Below, one piece after another: positions 8,550 through 16,440 of a DNA stretch of 64,000 nt. The position numbers were made by a program, and so were the translations under genes. Source of the DNA: a bacterium (GTDB lineage Bacteria; Zixibacteria; MSB-5A5; WJJR01); the NCBI GenBank assembly GCA_035559435.1, contig DATMBC010000080.1, positions 603 to 64,602 on the forward strand, read 5' to 3'. Numbering within the stretch: position 1 is the first letter of the stretch; each line of letters begins with the position of its first letter. Under the pieces are notes generated by a model. That model did not search any database. It was not told the DNA's origin and saw nothing but the letters and a program-made list of their open reading frames with translations.

Positions 8550-9764
8550 ATGAGCCGATTTTCGACGACCGTCAAAGCCGAAGGCCACCTGGTCGATTCC
8601 GGCACCCTGTCCGAGGCGATGGATCAGATTGTCCGCCGCGGCGGCACCTTCACCGTGCGCGAATTCAAACTGGGGGCGACCAACACCGAGGTCAGCCGCG
8701 TGGCGTTGGAAGTGAGCGCCGACAGCGAGAGAACGCTGCACGCGGTGATCAACAATCTGGTCGATCTCGGTTTTTACACGGACACGGTGGCGCGTCTGGC
8801 GCTCAAGCGGGCGCCCAAGGACGGCGCCGCGCCCGAGGGGTTCTATTCCACAACCAACCATGCGACCGAAATCCATCTGGCCGGCCGCTGGCGACGGGTG
8901 GCGCGTCAGCGGATGGATGCCTGCGTGGTCGTGTCGGCAGACGGGCGGCATGCCGAATGCCGCAAGCTGCGCGATGTGAAAAAGGGGGAGTGGATCGTCT
9001 GCGGGCATGACGGCATTCGCATCATCCCGGAATTCAAGGACCGCGCCCGTTCGGATTTCGGCTTCATGGCCAGCGACGTGTCATCGGAAAAGAAGGTCGA
9101 GTGGGTGGTGAGCCACCTCACCCGCTGGATCCGCGAACGCGAAGGCAAATTGATCGTCGTGGCCGGGCCGGTGGTGATCCACACCGGCGGTGTCGAGCCG
9201 CTGTCGCGCATCATCGCCGGTGGCTGGGTCGACGCCCTCCTGGCCGGCAACGCGCTGGCGGTGCATGATGTCGAGCGCGCTCTCTATGGCACCTCGCTGG
9301 GGATCAACACCGACACCGGCGTGCCGGTTGAGCACGGCCACCAGCATCACATGCGCGCCATCAATGCGATCCGTCTGGCCGGCGACCTGAAACGGGCGGT
9401 GCGCAAGGGGGTGCTGCGCGCGGGCCTCATGCACGCCCTGATTAAACACAAGGTCCCCTATGTGCTGGCCGGGTCGATCCGCGATGATGGCCCGCTGCCC
9501 GATGTCATCACCGACATGAACGCGGCCCAGGAGGCCTACGCGAAGCATCTCGAGGGCGCCGAGATTGTCCTGATGCTCTCTTCAATGCTGCATTCGATCG
9601 GTGTGGGCAACATGCTGCCCTCGTGGGTAAAGACCGTCTGCGTCGACATCAACCCCTCGGTCGTCACTAAACTGGCCGACCGCGGCTCGCACCAGGCGAT
9701 CGGCTGCGTGACCGACGTGGGACTGTTCCTGCACCTGCTGGCGGATCAACTGCGAACGAAATAG
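8550..9764 (+). CDS. LOR/SDH conserved-region protein (TIGR00300-like)
   Basis: N-terminus VKAEGHLVDSGTLSEAMDQIVRRGGTFTV is characteristic of this family. GGAGAG lies 9 nt upstream of ATG 8550. Confidence 0.65.
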   Translation: MSRFSTTVKAEGHLVDSGTLSEAMDQIVRRGGTFTVREFKLGATNTEVSRVALEVSADSERTLHAVINNLVDLGFYTDTVARLALKRAPKDGAAPEGFYSTTNHATEIHLAGRWRRVARQRMDACVVVSADGRHAECRKLRDVKKGEWIVCGHDGIRIIPEFKDRARSDFGFMASDVSSEKKVEWVVSHLTRWIREREGKLIVVAGPVVIHTGGVEPLSRIIAGGWVDALLAGNALAVHDVERALYGTSLGINTDTGVPVEHGHQHHMRAINAIRLAGDLKRAVRKGVLRAGLMHALIKHKVPYVLAGSIRDDGPLPDVITDMNAAQEAYAKHLEGAEIVLMLSSMLHSIGVGNMLPSWVKTVCVDINPSVVTKLADRGSHQAIGCVTDVGLFLHLLADQLRTK

Positions 9765-9875
9765 CGCCGGATCGCCGCACAAAGCACAGCCGGACTCAGC
9801 GCGCTTCGCTCACGGGTTATGGAGGATCGCCAGTTGCAGGAATTCGCGGTCACCGGAGCATTCGATGCTCTGGCT

Positions 9876-9904
9876 TGACGACGGCGGCAACATTGACTAT
9901 ATTT
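9876..9904 (+). promoter_or_regulatory. Sigma70-like promoter
   Basis: TTGACG, 17 nt spacer, TATATT. It lies 54 nt upstream of the metalloprotease ATG. Confidence 0.45.
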
Positions 9905-9957
9905 CTCCTGATTGCGCGGAGTGACTTCCCCTCTCCGACTCTCAAGCGAGGTATTCC

Positions 9958-11304
9958 ATGCCGTATCGTACCCCTGTGTTGGGCGGGTGTCTGTTGTTGG
10001 TGACGGTCTTCTCGCCGATAGGGCCGGCGCGGGCCGCGGTGCCGACGCAGATCAATGTCGAAATCGACTACATGGTCCTGCGCGACAACAACAACAATAT
10101 CCTGCATACGCATCGTCCCAACCAGTCGGAGATCGACGCCGGCGTGCAAATGTTCGCCTGCCGCGGGATCATGCTCAATGTCATCATCGATGATGAGATC
10201 CCGCACGTCAACGTCCTGCCGCAGAATCCGAACAATCCCAAGACGATCTTCGGCTGGGTCGGGACCAACAGCTTTGATTCCTACAAGCAGACATACTTCG
10301 ACAACAGCGGCGGCGGCTGGCACTATTGCATCTTCGGCCACCAGTACCAATTGAACGGCTCGACCACCGGCAGTTCCGGGCTGGCGGAGGGGCTGGCGGA
10401 TGACTTTGTGGTCACGCTCGGCAGTTTCTCCAACCAGGTCGGAACGCCCTGGGACCGCGCCGGGACTTTCGTGCATGAGCTGGGGCACAACCTGGGGCTG
10501 TCGCATTCGGGGTCGATGAACGGCGACTCGGTGGGGCCGGGGCAGTTTGTCCTGCCCAGCGTCATGAGTTACTACTTTCAATTGGAGGGAGTGCGCAACA
10601 ATCTCGAATGCCACGGGCTGACTGTGCCCGGGGTGAACCTCTTCAAGAACCTCGACTACTCCGATGGTCGCATGTGCGCGCTCAATGAGACCGCGCTCAG
10701 CGAGACCGCCGGCAACCGGATGATTCAGATCGACTGGAACTGCGATGGCGCCATTGCCGGTTCGTTTTCACGCGACCTCGACGGCGCCTACAACAATCCC
10801 GGCGGTGGCGGCACCTGGTGCGGCCTGCCCGCCGGCGACGACATAGTCTTCGACTACAACGAGTGGGCCAACATCGAGGATGTCACCGTCACCGCCAACA
10901 AGGCGGCGCTGGAGGATCGTCCCTGCACTCCCTGCATCAGCTATGACGAGGTGATGCGCTACCGCAAGGACATCCAGGATCACTGCCCGCAACCGACACC
11001 GATCAACGAGGCCTGCATCGGCGGCGACATGATCTTTGTCGGGCCGGTCAACATTGTTCCGATCGGCACGTGCTCATTCCCCATTCCCAATGTGACCAGC
11101 GCGGTCGACGCCGCCCCGTCGGGCAGCGTGATCTACCTGCGCGCCGGCACCTACACCGAGGCGGGCAGCGGTTTGGTGTGGGACAAGAAACTGCTGATGA
11201 CCAGTGTCGGCGCGGCGTTTGTCAGTTCGGCGACGCTGAAGGCGGCAGACACCGCGGTGGTGGAGCCGGCGCTCGCCGAACCCGTTCTCTCACCCGACGA
11301 GTAG
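9958..11304 (+). CDS. Secreted metzincin-type zinc metalloprotease
   Basis: Signal peptide, HELGHNLGLSH (HExxHxxGxxH), and a downstream SVMSYY Met-turn. Confidence 0.7.
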   Translation: MPYRTPVLGGCLLLVTVFSPIGPARAAVPTQINVEIDYMVLRDNNNNILHTHRPNQSEIDAGVQMFACRGIMLNVIIDDEIPHVNVLPQNPNNPKTIFGWVGTNSFDSYKQTYFDNSGGGWHYCIFGHQYQLNGSTTGSSGLAEGLADDFVVTLGSFSNQVGTPWDRAGTFVHELGHNLGLSHSGSMNGDSVGPGQFVLPSVMSYYFQLEGVRNNLECHGLTVPGVNLFKNLDYSDGRMCALNETALSETAGNRMIQIDWNCDGAIAGSFSRDLDGAYNNPGGGGTWCGLPAGDDIVFDYNEWANIEDVTVTANKAALEDRPCTPCISYDEVMRYRKDIQDHCPQPTPINEACIGGDMIFVGPVNIVPIGTCSFPIPNVTSAVDAAPSGSVIYLRAGTYTEAGSGLVWDKKLLMTSVGAAFVSSATLKAADTAVVEPALAEPVLSPDE

Positions 11305-11309
11305 AGGTC

Positions 11310-11675
11310 CTACAGCGCCACCGGCACGCGCTTCTGCTTCATGACGTGCAGAAACCGCCGGTGGGAGGCGTAGCGGCACCCCTGTTGGCACTCCGATTGA
11401 TCGTCGAGATTGCGGCAGTGGTTCTCGCAGAGGTCGGTGCCGGCCAGACTCTCTGGGGCCGGCTCTTCCTGCAGGAAGGGAGTAAACAACTCCACGGCGA
11501 CCACGAAGGTCGTGCCGCATTGGGCAACACGATGATTAAAGTAGTAGACGTTGTGTAGAAGTTTCGTGTCGACAAACTGGATGCCGACCGGTTCGACTTC
11601 GGGACTTTCGATCAAATCTTCGACGGTGAAGGCGGCCCCGCATCCGGGGCAGATTTTCGCGGCTGCTTCGCTCAT
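11310..11675 (-). CDS. Cys-rich hypothetical protein
   Basis: N-terminal CPGC, later CENHC and CQQGC. ATG at 11675. Confidence 0.4.
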   Translation of the reverse strand: MSEAAAKICPGCGAAFTVEDLIESPEVEPVGIQFVDTKLLHNVYYFNHRVAQCGTTFVVAVELFTPFLQEEPAPESLAGTDLCENHCRNLDDQSECQQGCRYASHRRFLHVMKQKRVPVAL

Positions 11676-12014
11676 GTTGTCCTTTGACAGGCGCACGGTC
11701 ACCGGATGGGCGATCGCGCCATTGGTAGTTATCGGCAGCGGCCACGGCATCCTCGCCCGCAAAGCACAAATCCCGTTTAAAGTGACAGGTCTGCGGATGG
11801 ATTCGCCCGCCCCTGGCCGACACCGCCTTGTCCGGGAGACTGGATCTCGGCGAATGTGTTGTCCAAATGAGGCCGAATCCCGCCAGACGCAAGGATTCGA
11901 CTAATCAAGACATTGATAGACAATAGCTTACATCAGCGAGTGAGGTGGATTTGGACGAATAACGCCGAGTACGTTACGTGTGTCACAAGATGACGTGGCC
12001 AGCATAACGGCTTG

Positions 12015-12030
12015 GCACAACATATTGTGG
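12015..12030. promoter_or_regulatory. NrdR-box-like palindrome
   Basis: GCACAACATATTGTGG against the published NrdR box consensus acaCwAtATaTwGtgt. It lies 30 nt upstream of a TTGACA. Confidence 0.45.
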
Positions 12031-12060
12031 TTTTTTTGCAATTTGGCGGGTTTTTGTGAT

Positions 12061-12089
12061 TGACACCTACCTTACACCCCGATAATCTG
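12061..12089 (+). promoter_or_regulatory. Sigma70-like promoter (module shared with the nrdJ promoter)
   Basis: tgaTTGACA, then 15-17 nt, then GATAATCT. It has the same flanking words as 13255-13288. Confidence 0.45.
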
Positions 12090-12205
12090 GCCCCACAATA
12101 AGGGACCGCTGGCGGGCGAAGGGCACCCGCCGGAGCACTGAATCTCAGCGAAGACCGTGTCTGAAGGGGGCAAGGGTAGGACTTCCTATCCAGGGAGGAG
12201 TACGC

Positions 12206-12562
12206 ATGTTGCATGTGATCAGCTACAGAGGACCGTACACGCTCACCCTTAAGGCGGTGGAGTGGCTCCGAGATGAGTCTTGGCCGGGTGTGTTCGTGCT
12301 CGGCGAGTCAAGCCGCGAGTCAGGCAGCTTCCATGTGGAATACGTCGGCAGGTCTGACACCAACCTAGCCGATCGTATCAGCGAATGGATCGGGACGCAC
12401 CCGGAATTCATGTTCGCTTTCACCGAGACGCCATGGCAAGCTTTCCTGGAAGAGTGCCACATCTTCCACCACCTGCATCCCTCCGGCAACCAGTCACACC
12501 CGGTGGCATCGCTGTATCGCGGCTGGCAATGTCCTGATTGCAGCGATCGGATCTGGGCGTGA
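12206..12562 (+). CDS. GIY-YIG-like nuclease-family small protein
   Basis: GVFVL...YVGRS...LADRI...LEEC...SGN matches the GIY/YIG/R/E/N order. C-terminal CPDC. GGAGGAG lies before the ATG. AT-richer patch. Confidence 0.5.
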   Translation: MLHVISYRGPYTLTLKAVEWLRDESWPGVFVLGESSRESGSFHVEYVGRSDTNLADRISEWIGTHPEFMFAFTETPWQAFLEECHIFHHLHPSGNQSHPVASLYRGWQCPDCSDRIWA

Positions 12563-12641
12563 ATTGCCATACGCGTCATTGGCACACGAAACCATCAAAG
12601 GTCTGGTGACGGGACGTCCGTCATGGAGGTGAATAAGACAT

Positions 12642-12803
12642 ATGGCTGTAATTCAACCTTGGCATTCGGTAAAGCAACCGGTTCATCATAACAACACGGA
12701 GTGCAACACTGGCAACAACATCGAATCCGAGAACTTTCGGAGGGGGACTGGCGGCAAACCGCTGTGCCAAGAGTGCGCACGTCTGCGTAGGGTAGTCCGT
12801 TAG
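12642..12803 (+). CDS. 53-aa Cys-rich small protein (below the ORF-track cutoff)
   Basis: My own translation: MAVIQPWHSVKQPVHHNNTECNTGNNIESENFRRGTGGKPLCQECARLRRVVR. GGAGG lies at 12625-12629, upstream of the ATG. Confidence 0.5.
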   Translation: MAVIQPWHSVKQPVHHNNTECNTGNNIESENFRRGTGGKPLCQECARLRRVVR

Positions 12804-13212
12804 ACCCGTTGCCCGGCGGGGCCCGCTGGGAATTCAGTTTCTTCCCAACAAGGCCCCGCGGGCGAATTATGACCTTTGGTGCTTCAAGGTAAATGTACTC
12901 ACTATTCGCGAGCGCGCAAGAGGTCACTCCCCGGCCAGGGCTAGCGTACGACCAAAAGTGGAAGGTTGAAGTGGTGCGGTGAACCGCTGGCCGTTTTGTC
13001 CCGAGCTCGGTCGGGGAAACTGAGAATCAAATGTCAAAGCACGCCCTGCGGAGTCGTAAGCACTGCTACCTTGCCGTTAAGACTCTTGAACCACGCTTCG
13101 AAATCCTCTGGCGCAATCCCGGTGAACGACAACACGTTGTGATAGTTCGTAGGCAATGGACACGTCTGCATGTGATAACGGTAACAACTGGATGTGTTTG
13201 GAAACCATTAAA

Positions 13213-13228
13213 CCACAATATATTGTGA
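13213..13228. promoter_or_regulatory. NrdR box
   Basis: CCACAATATATTGTGA matches 14 of 16 positions of ACACAATATATTGTGT, a sequence satisfying the NrdR consensus acaCwAtATaTwGtgt. It lies upstream of the nrdJ promoter. Confidence 0.6.
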
Positions 13229-13257
13229 TTTTTGTGGGCCATGTGAACGAAATCTGA

Positions 13258-13286
13258 TTGACAGATATATCCACCATGGATAATGT
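13258..13286 (+). promoter_or_regulatory. Sigma70-like promoter of nrdJ
   Basis: TTGACA, 17 nt spacer, TAATGT (GATAATGT). It would give a leader of roughly 330 nt. Confidence 0.5.
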
Positions 13287-13624
13287 GGCTACAGAACGTT
13301 GACTCGGAGTTCATGGGAGAGTCCGAGCCGAAGCGAATCAGTAAAGAGCGAGGGTCGGGACCGCATCGCGGTCCCTATCGTGATAATTCGATAATTGGAC
13401 TTACCCCGAGGCGCCGACGGCTAGGGAGAGGGCTTGGCGCGCTCAGGCAGGGTTGATGTGCCTTTCCCTGAGGACTTTCCGGGGTGAATTCAGACCGTTA
13501 AAAGGCGCAAGGGGCTCGTTGGGGTGCGCCTAATTCAACAGAATTAAAACTAGAGTAAGTAAATGTCTCGTCTTTTGGGCGGGACGGGGAGCGTATCTCT
13601 GTTGTAGATACGTCGGAGGGTCAG

Positions 13625-16045
13625 ATGTTCGAGCAAACACCGATGCTGGCCGAAAACGCCGTACGGGTGCTGGAGCGCCGCTATCTCATCAAGGATGGGG
13701 ATGGCCGCATTGTCGAGACGCCGACCGAGCTGTTCTGGCGTGTCGCCAATGCGATTGCCGCTGCCGACGCCAATTACGGCGCCAGTGAGGCGGAAGTGAA
13801 ACGGACCGCCGAGCGATTCTACCGGGCGATGGCCGCCTGCGAGTTCATGCCGAACTCGCCGACGCTGATGAATGCCGGGCGTCCGTTGGGGCAGTTGTCG
13901 GCCTGTTTTGTGTTGCCGGTCGGCGACTCGATGGAAGAAATCTTCGAATCGATCAAGAACGCCGCGCTGATCCACAAGTCCGGCGGCGGGACCGGGTTTG
14001 CCTTCTCGCGGTTGCGTCCGCGCAACTCCGTGGTGGCCTCAACCTCCGGTGTCGCCTCCGGGCCGGTGTCGTTCATGAAGGTGTTCAACGCCGCCACCGA
14101 GGCGGTCAAGCAGGGCGGGACACGCCGCGGCGCCAACATGGGCATTCTGCGTGTCGACCATCCCGACATCGAGGAGTTCATCGCCTGCAAAGACGACCTG
14201 ACGCAAGTGACGAACTTCAACATCTCGGTGGCGGTCACCGACGAGTTCATGGAGGCGGTCGAGCGCGGGGTCCCCTACAACCTCTATGACCCGCGCACCC
14301 GTCGGCCCTACATCAAGGACGGCCAGCCGGTGACGCTCGATGCGCGCAAGGTGTTCAACTCGATTGTCGAGCACGCCTGGCGCACCGGCGAGCCGGGGGT
14401 GGTGTTCATCGACCGGATGAACCAGGGCAACCCGACCCATCGCATCGAGGAGATCGAGGCGACCAATCCCTGCGGCGAGCAGCCGTTGCCGCCCTATGAC
14501 TCCTGCAACCTGGCCTCGATCAATCTGGGCAGAGTGGTGAAGGATGAGCTGCCGCACACCTATGACCGGCGCCGTCCGGCCGAAGGCATCGATTGGGACA
14601 AGCTGACCCAATTGGTGCACATGGGCGTGCATTTCCTCGATAACGTGATTGATGCCAACAAGTACCCGATTCCGGAGATTGCCGAGCAGACCCGTCGCAA
14701 CCGCCGCATCGGGCTGGGGGTCATGGGCTGGGCCGATATGCTGGCCCGGCTTGGTGTGCGCTACGACTCCGAAGAAGCCTTCGAGCTGGGCGACAAGGTG
14801 ATGGCGCACGTGCAGTCCGAGGCGCGTCTGCATTCCTCGGATCTGGCGGCCACCCGCGGCAAGTTCCCGAACTGGGAGGGATCGATCTACGCCGACGAGG
14901 GGATTGCGATGCGCAACTGCACCGTGACCACGGTGGCGCCGACGGGGACGATTTCGATCATCGCCGGCTGCTCCTCGGGGATCGAGCCGTTCTATGCGAT
15001 CTCGTTTGTGCGCAACGTGATGGAGGGCACGCGCCTGGTCGATGTCAACCCGCTGTTCGAGCAGGTGGCCAAGGAGCGCGGGTTCTACTCGCAGGAGTTG
15101 ATGGAGCGGATCGCCAATGCCAATTCGATCCGCGACTTCGACGAGATTCCCGAGGATGTGAAGGATGTGTTCGTGACCGCGGCCGACATCGCGCCCGAGT
15201 CGCACATCCGCATGCAGGCGGTCTTCCAGAAGCACTGCGATTCGGCGGTGTCGAAGACGATCAACATGCCGCAGAATGCGACGCGCGACGATGTGCAGAC
15301 GGCGTACTGGCAGGCGTTCCGTTCGCGCTGCAAGGGCGTGACCATCTACCGCGATGGATCCCGTCCGGGGCAGGTGCTGTCCACCGGCGCTACGCCCGAA
15401 AAGGCGCGCACGACCGAGCAGGTGGGGGCATTCACATCGAAAAAGGAGTTGAGCGAGGTGGAGCAGATGAAGGGCCTGCTTGGTCCCGAACCGTGCGATA
15501 TCCAGTCGGTGCCGCCGGCGGTGTCCACCGAAACGGCGAAGCCGGCCGCCGCGCCGCGCGCGACGCAGGGCGCCAGTTACCCCGAGCCCGAAGACCGTCC
15601 CGAAACGCTCACCGGGTTCACCGAGAAGATCAAGACCGGGTACGGGAACCTCTACATTACCGTCAACATGCACAACGGCCGTCCGTTTGAGGTCTTTGCC
15701 TCGATCGGCAAGTCGGGGTATTCGACCATGGCCGACACCGAGGCGATCTGCCGGCTGATTTCCCTGGCGCTGCGGTCGGGGATTCCGCTCCTGCAAATTG
15801 TGCGCCAATTGCAGGGAATTGGCGGCTCGCAGCCGGTTTTTGAGCGCCGCGGACTCGTTTTTTCCATTCCGGATGCCATTGCCAAGGTGTTGTCGGACCA
15901 TTTCGTCCACTCCGGTGGCAAGAAAGGCAACGGCCGCGGCGACACGCGCGACATTTCCAAGGAACATTGTCCGGATTGCGGCGGGATGCTGGAGCACGAA
16001 GAAGGTTGCGTCCTGTGCCGCGGTTGCGGATATTCCCAGTGCTAG
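13625..16045 (+). CDS. nrdJ: Adenosylcobalamin-dependent (class II) ribonucleotide reductase
   Basis: 806 aa with LSACFVL, NPCGEQPL and SKTINMP. C-terminal zinc ribbon CPDCGG...CVLCRGCGYSQC. Confidence 0.95.
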   Translation: MFEQTPMLAENAVRVLERRYLIKDGDGRIVETPTELFWRVANAIAAADANYGASEAEVKRTAERFYRAMAACEFMPNSPTLMNAGRPLGQLSACFVLPVGDSMEEIFESIKNAALIHKSGGGTGFAFSRLRPRNSVVASTSGVASGPVSFMKVFNAATEAVKQGGTRRGANMGILRVDHPDIEEFIACKDDLTQVTNFNISVAVTDEFMEAVERGVPYNLYDPRTRRPYIKDGQPVTLDARKVFNSIVEHAWRTGEPGVVFIDRMNQGNPTHRIEEIEATNPCGEQPLPPYDSCNLASINLGRVVKDELPHTYDRRRPAEGIDWDKLTQLVHMGVHFLDNVIDANKYPIPEIAEQTRRNRRIGLGVMGWADMLARLGVRYDSEEAFELGDKVMAHVQSEARLHSSDLAATRGKFPNWEGSIYADEGIAMRNCTVTTVAPTGTISIIAGCSSGIEPFYAISFVRNVMEGTRLVDVNPLFEQVAKERGFYSQELMERIANANSIRDFDEIPEDVKDVFVTAADIAPESHIRMQAVFQKHCDSAVSKTINMPQNATRDDVQTAYWQAFRSRCKGVTIYRDGSRPGQVLSTGATPEKARTTEQVGAFTSKKELSEVEQMKGLLGPEPCDIQSVPPAVSTETAKPAAAPRATQGASYPEPEDRPETLTGFTEKIKTGYGNLYITVNMHNGRPFEVFASIGKSGYSTMADTEAICRLISLALRSGIPLLQIVRQLQGIGGSQPVFERRGLVFSIPDAIAKVLSDHFVHSGGKKGNGRGDTRDISKEHCPDCGGMLEHEEGCVLCRGCGYSQC

Positions 16046-16095
16046 AACGACTGCGACCACTGGGCCGACCGTCCGTGGACAGTCAATTTCCAAAC

Positions 16096-16128
16096 CCCCC
16101 GCGCTCCCCCCGCGGGGGTTTTGGTTTT
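16096..16128 (+). terminator. Intrinsic terminator of nrdJ
   Basis: CCCCCGCG, 7-nt loop, CGCGGGGG, followed by TTTTGGTTTT. Confidence 0.7.
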
Positions 16129-16171
16129 AGGCACACGCGCCGGACAAAGAGCGTAGAGTCCGAGCATCGTC

Positions 16172-16366
16172 GAAGCGGCCCTTGAGCTGTGTCCTGTCGT
16201 GCGTTCGGGGCAGTGACTGAAGCGTAGTGCTCCTGCGCGAGGAGAGCAGGCCCGGCAGAAGCCTCGCCCTCCCGCTCATTGCGCTGGACATCGCAGCTCA
16301 GGCTGACCGCGCCGCGCGGGAGAAAGCAGATTCCTCTCCGCCTGAGGCGGATCGGAGTGACCATGT
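16172..16366. repeat. Intergenic repeat, copy A (direct with 19410-19568)
   Basis: Shares gaagcggc(c/t)cttgagc, cgccctccc(g/a)ctc(a/g)t(t/c)gcgctgga and accgcgccgcgcgggagaaagcagattcctct...ggatcgga(g/a)tgaccatgt with copy B. Confidence 0.7.
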
Positions 16367-16440
16367 AGTGGCGAGGGTTCAGGTGTCCTGCGAAGGGGAT
16401 GGTCGTGTGCGATGATGCGATTGACCGGCGCCGTCCGAAC

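Noticed and set aside
13030-13170. A 45-codon minus-strand ORF (MQTCPLPTNYHNVLSFTGIAPEDFEAWFKSLNGKVAVLTTPQGVL) in the AT-rich patch.
   Set aside because: It has no SD, no recognisable family, and falls between regulatory elements. It cannot be supported.
13261-13276. A second NrdR box (acagatatatccacca) overlapping the nrdJ promoter spacer.
   Set aside because: Only the left half resembles the consensus. The spacing to the first box (about 47 nt centre to centre) does not fit the usual 31-32 nt.
13293-13624. A cobalamin riboswitch in the nrdJ leader.
   Set aside because: I found no B12 box (GCCACTG-like) and no GGGAA...GGTGxAAxTCC core. Only a loose ggggtgaattc resemblance is present. B12 repression of a B12-dependent RNR would also be unexpected.
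14039-16093. 684-aa ORF antisense to nrdJ. Similar long antisense ORFs occur at 1140-2546, 19750-21612, 25446-26555, 41929-43128, 48476-49828, 53627-55378 and 55158-56642.
   Set aside because: Each lies opposite a gene with unmistakable family motifs. Their products are Arg/Gly/Ala/Pro-rich with no motifs, which is the usual shadow-ORF effect of high GC.
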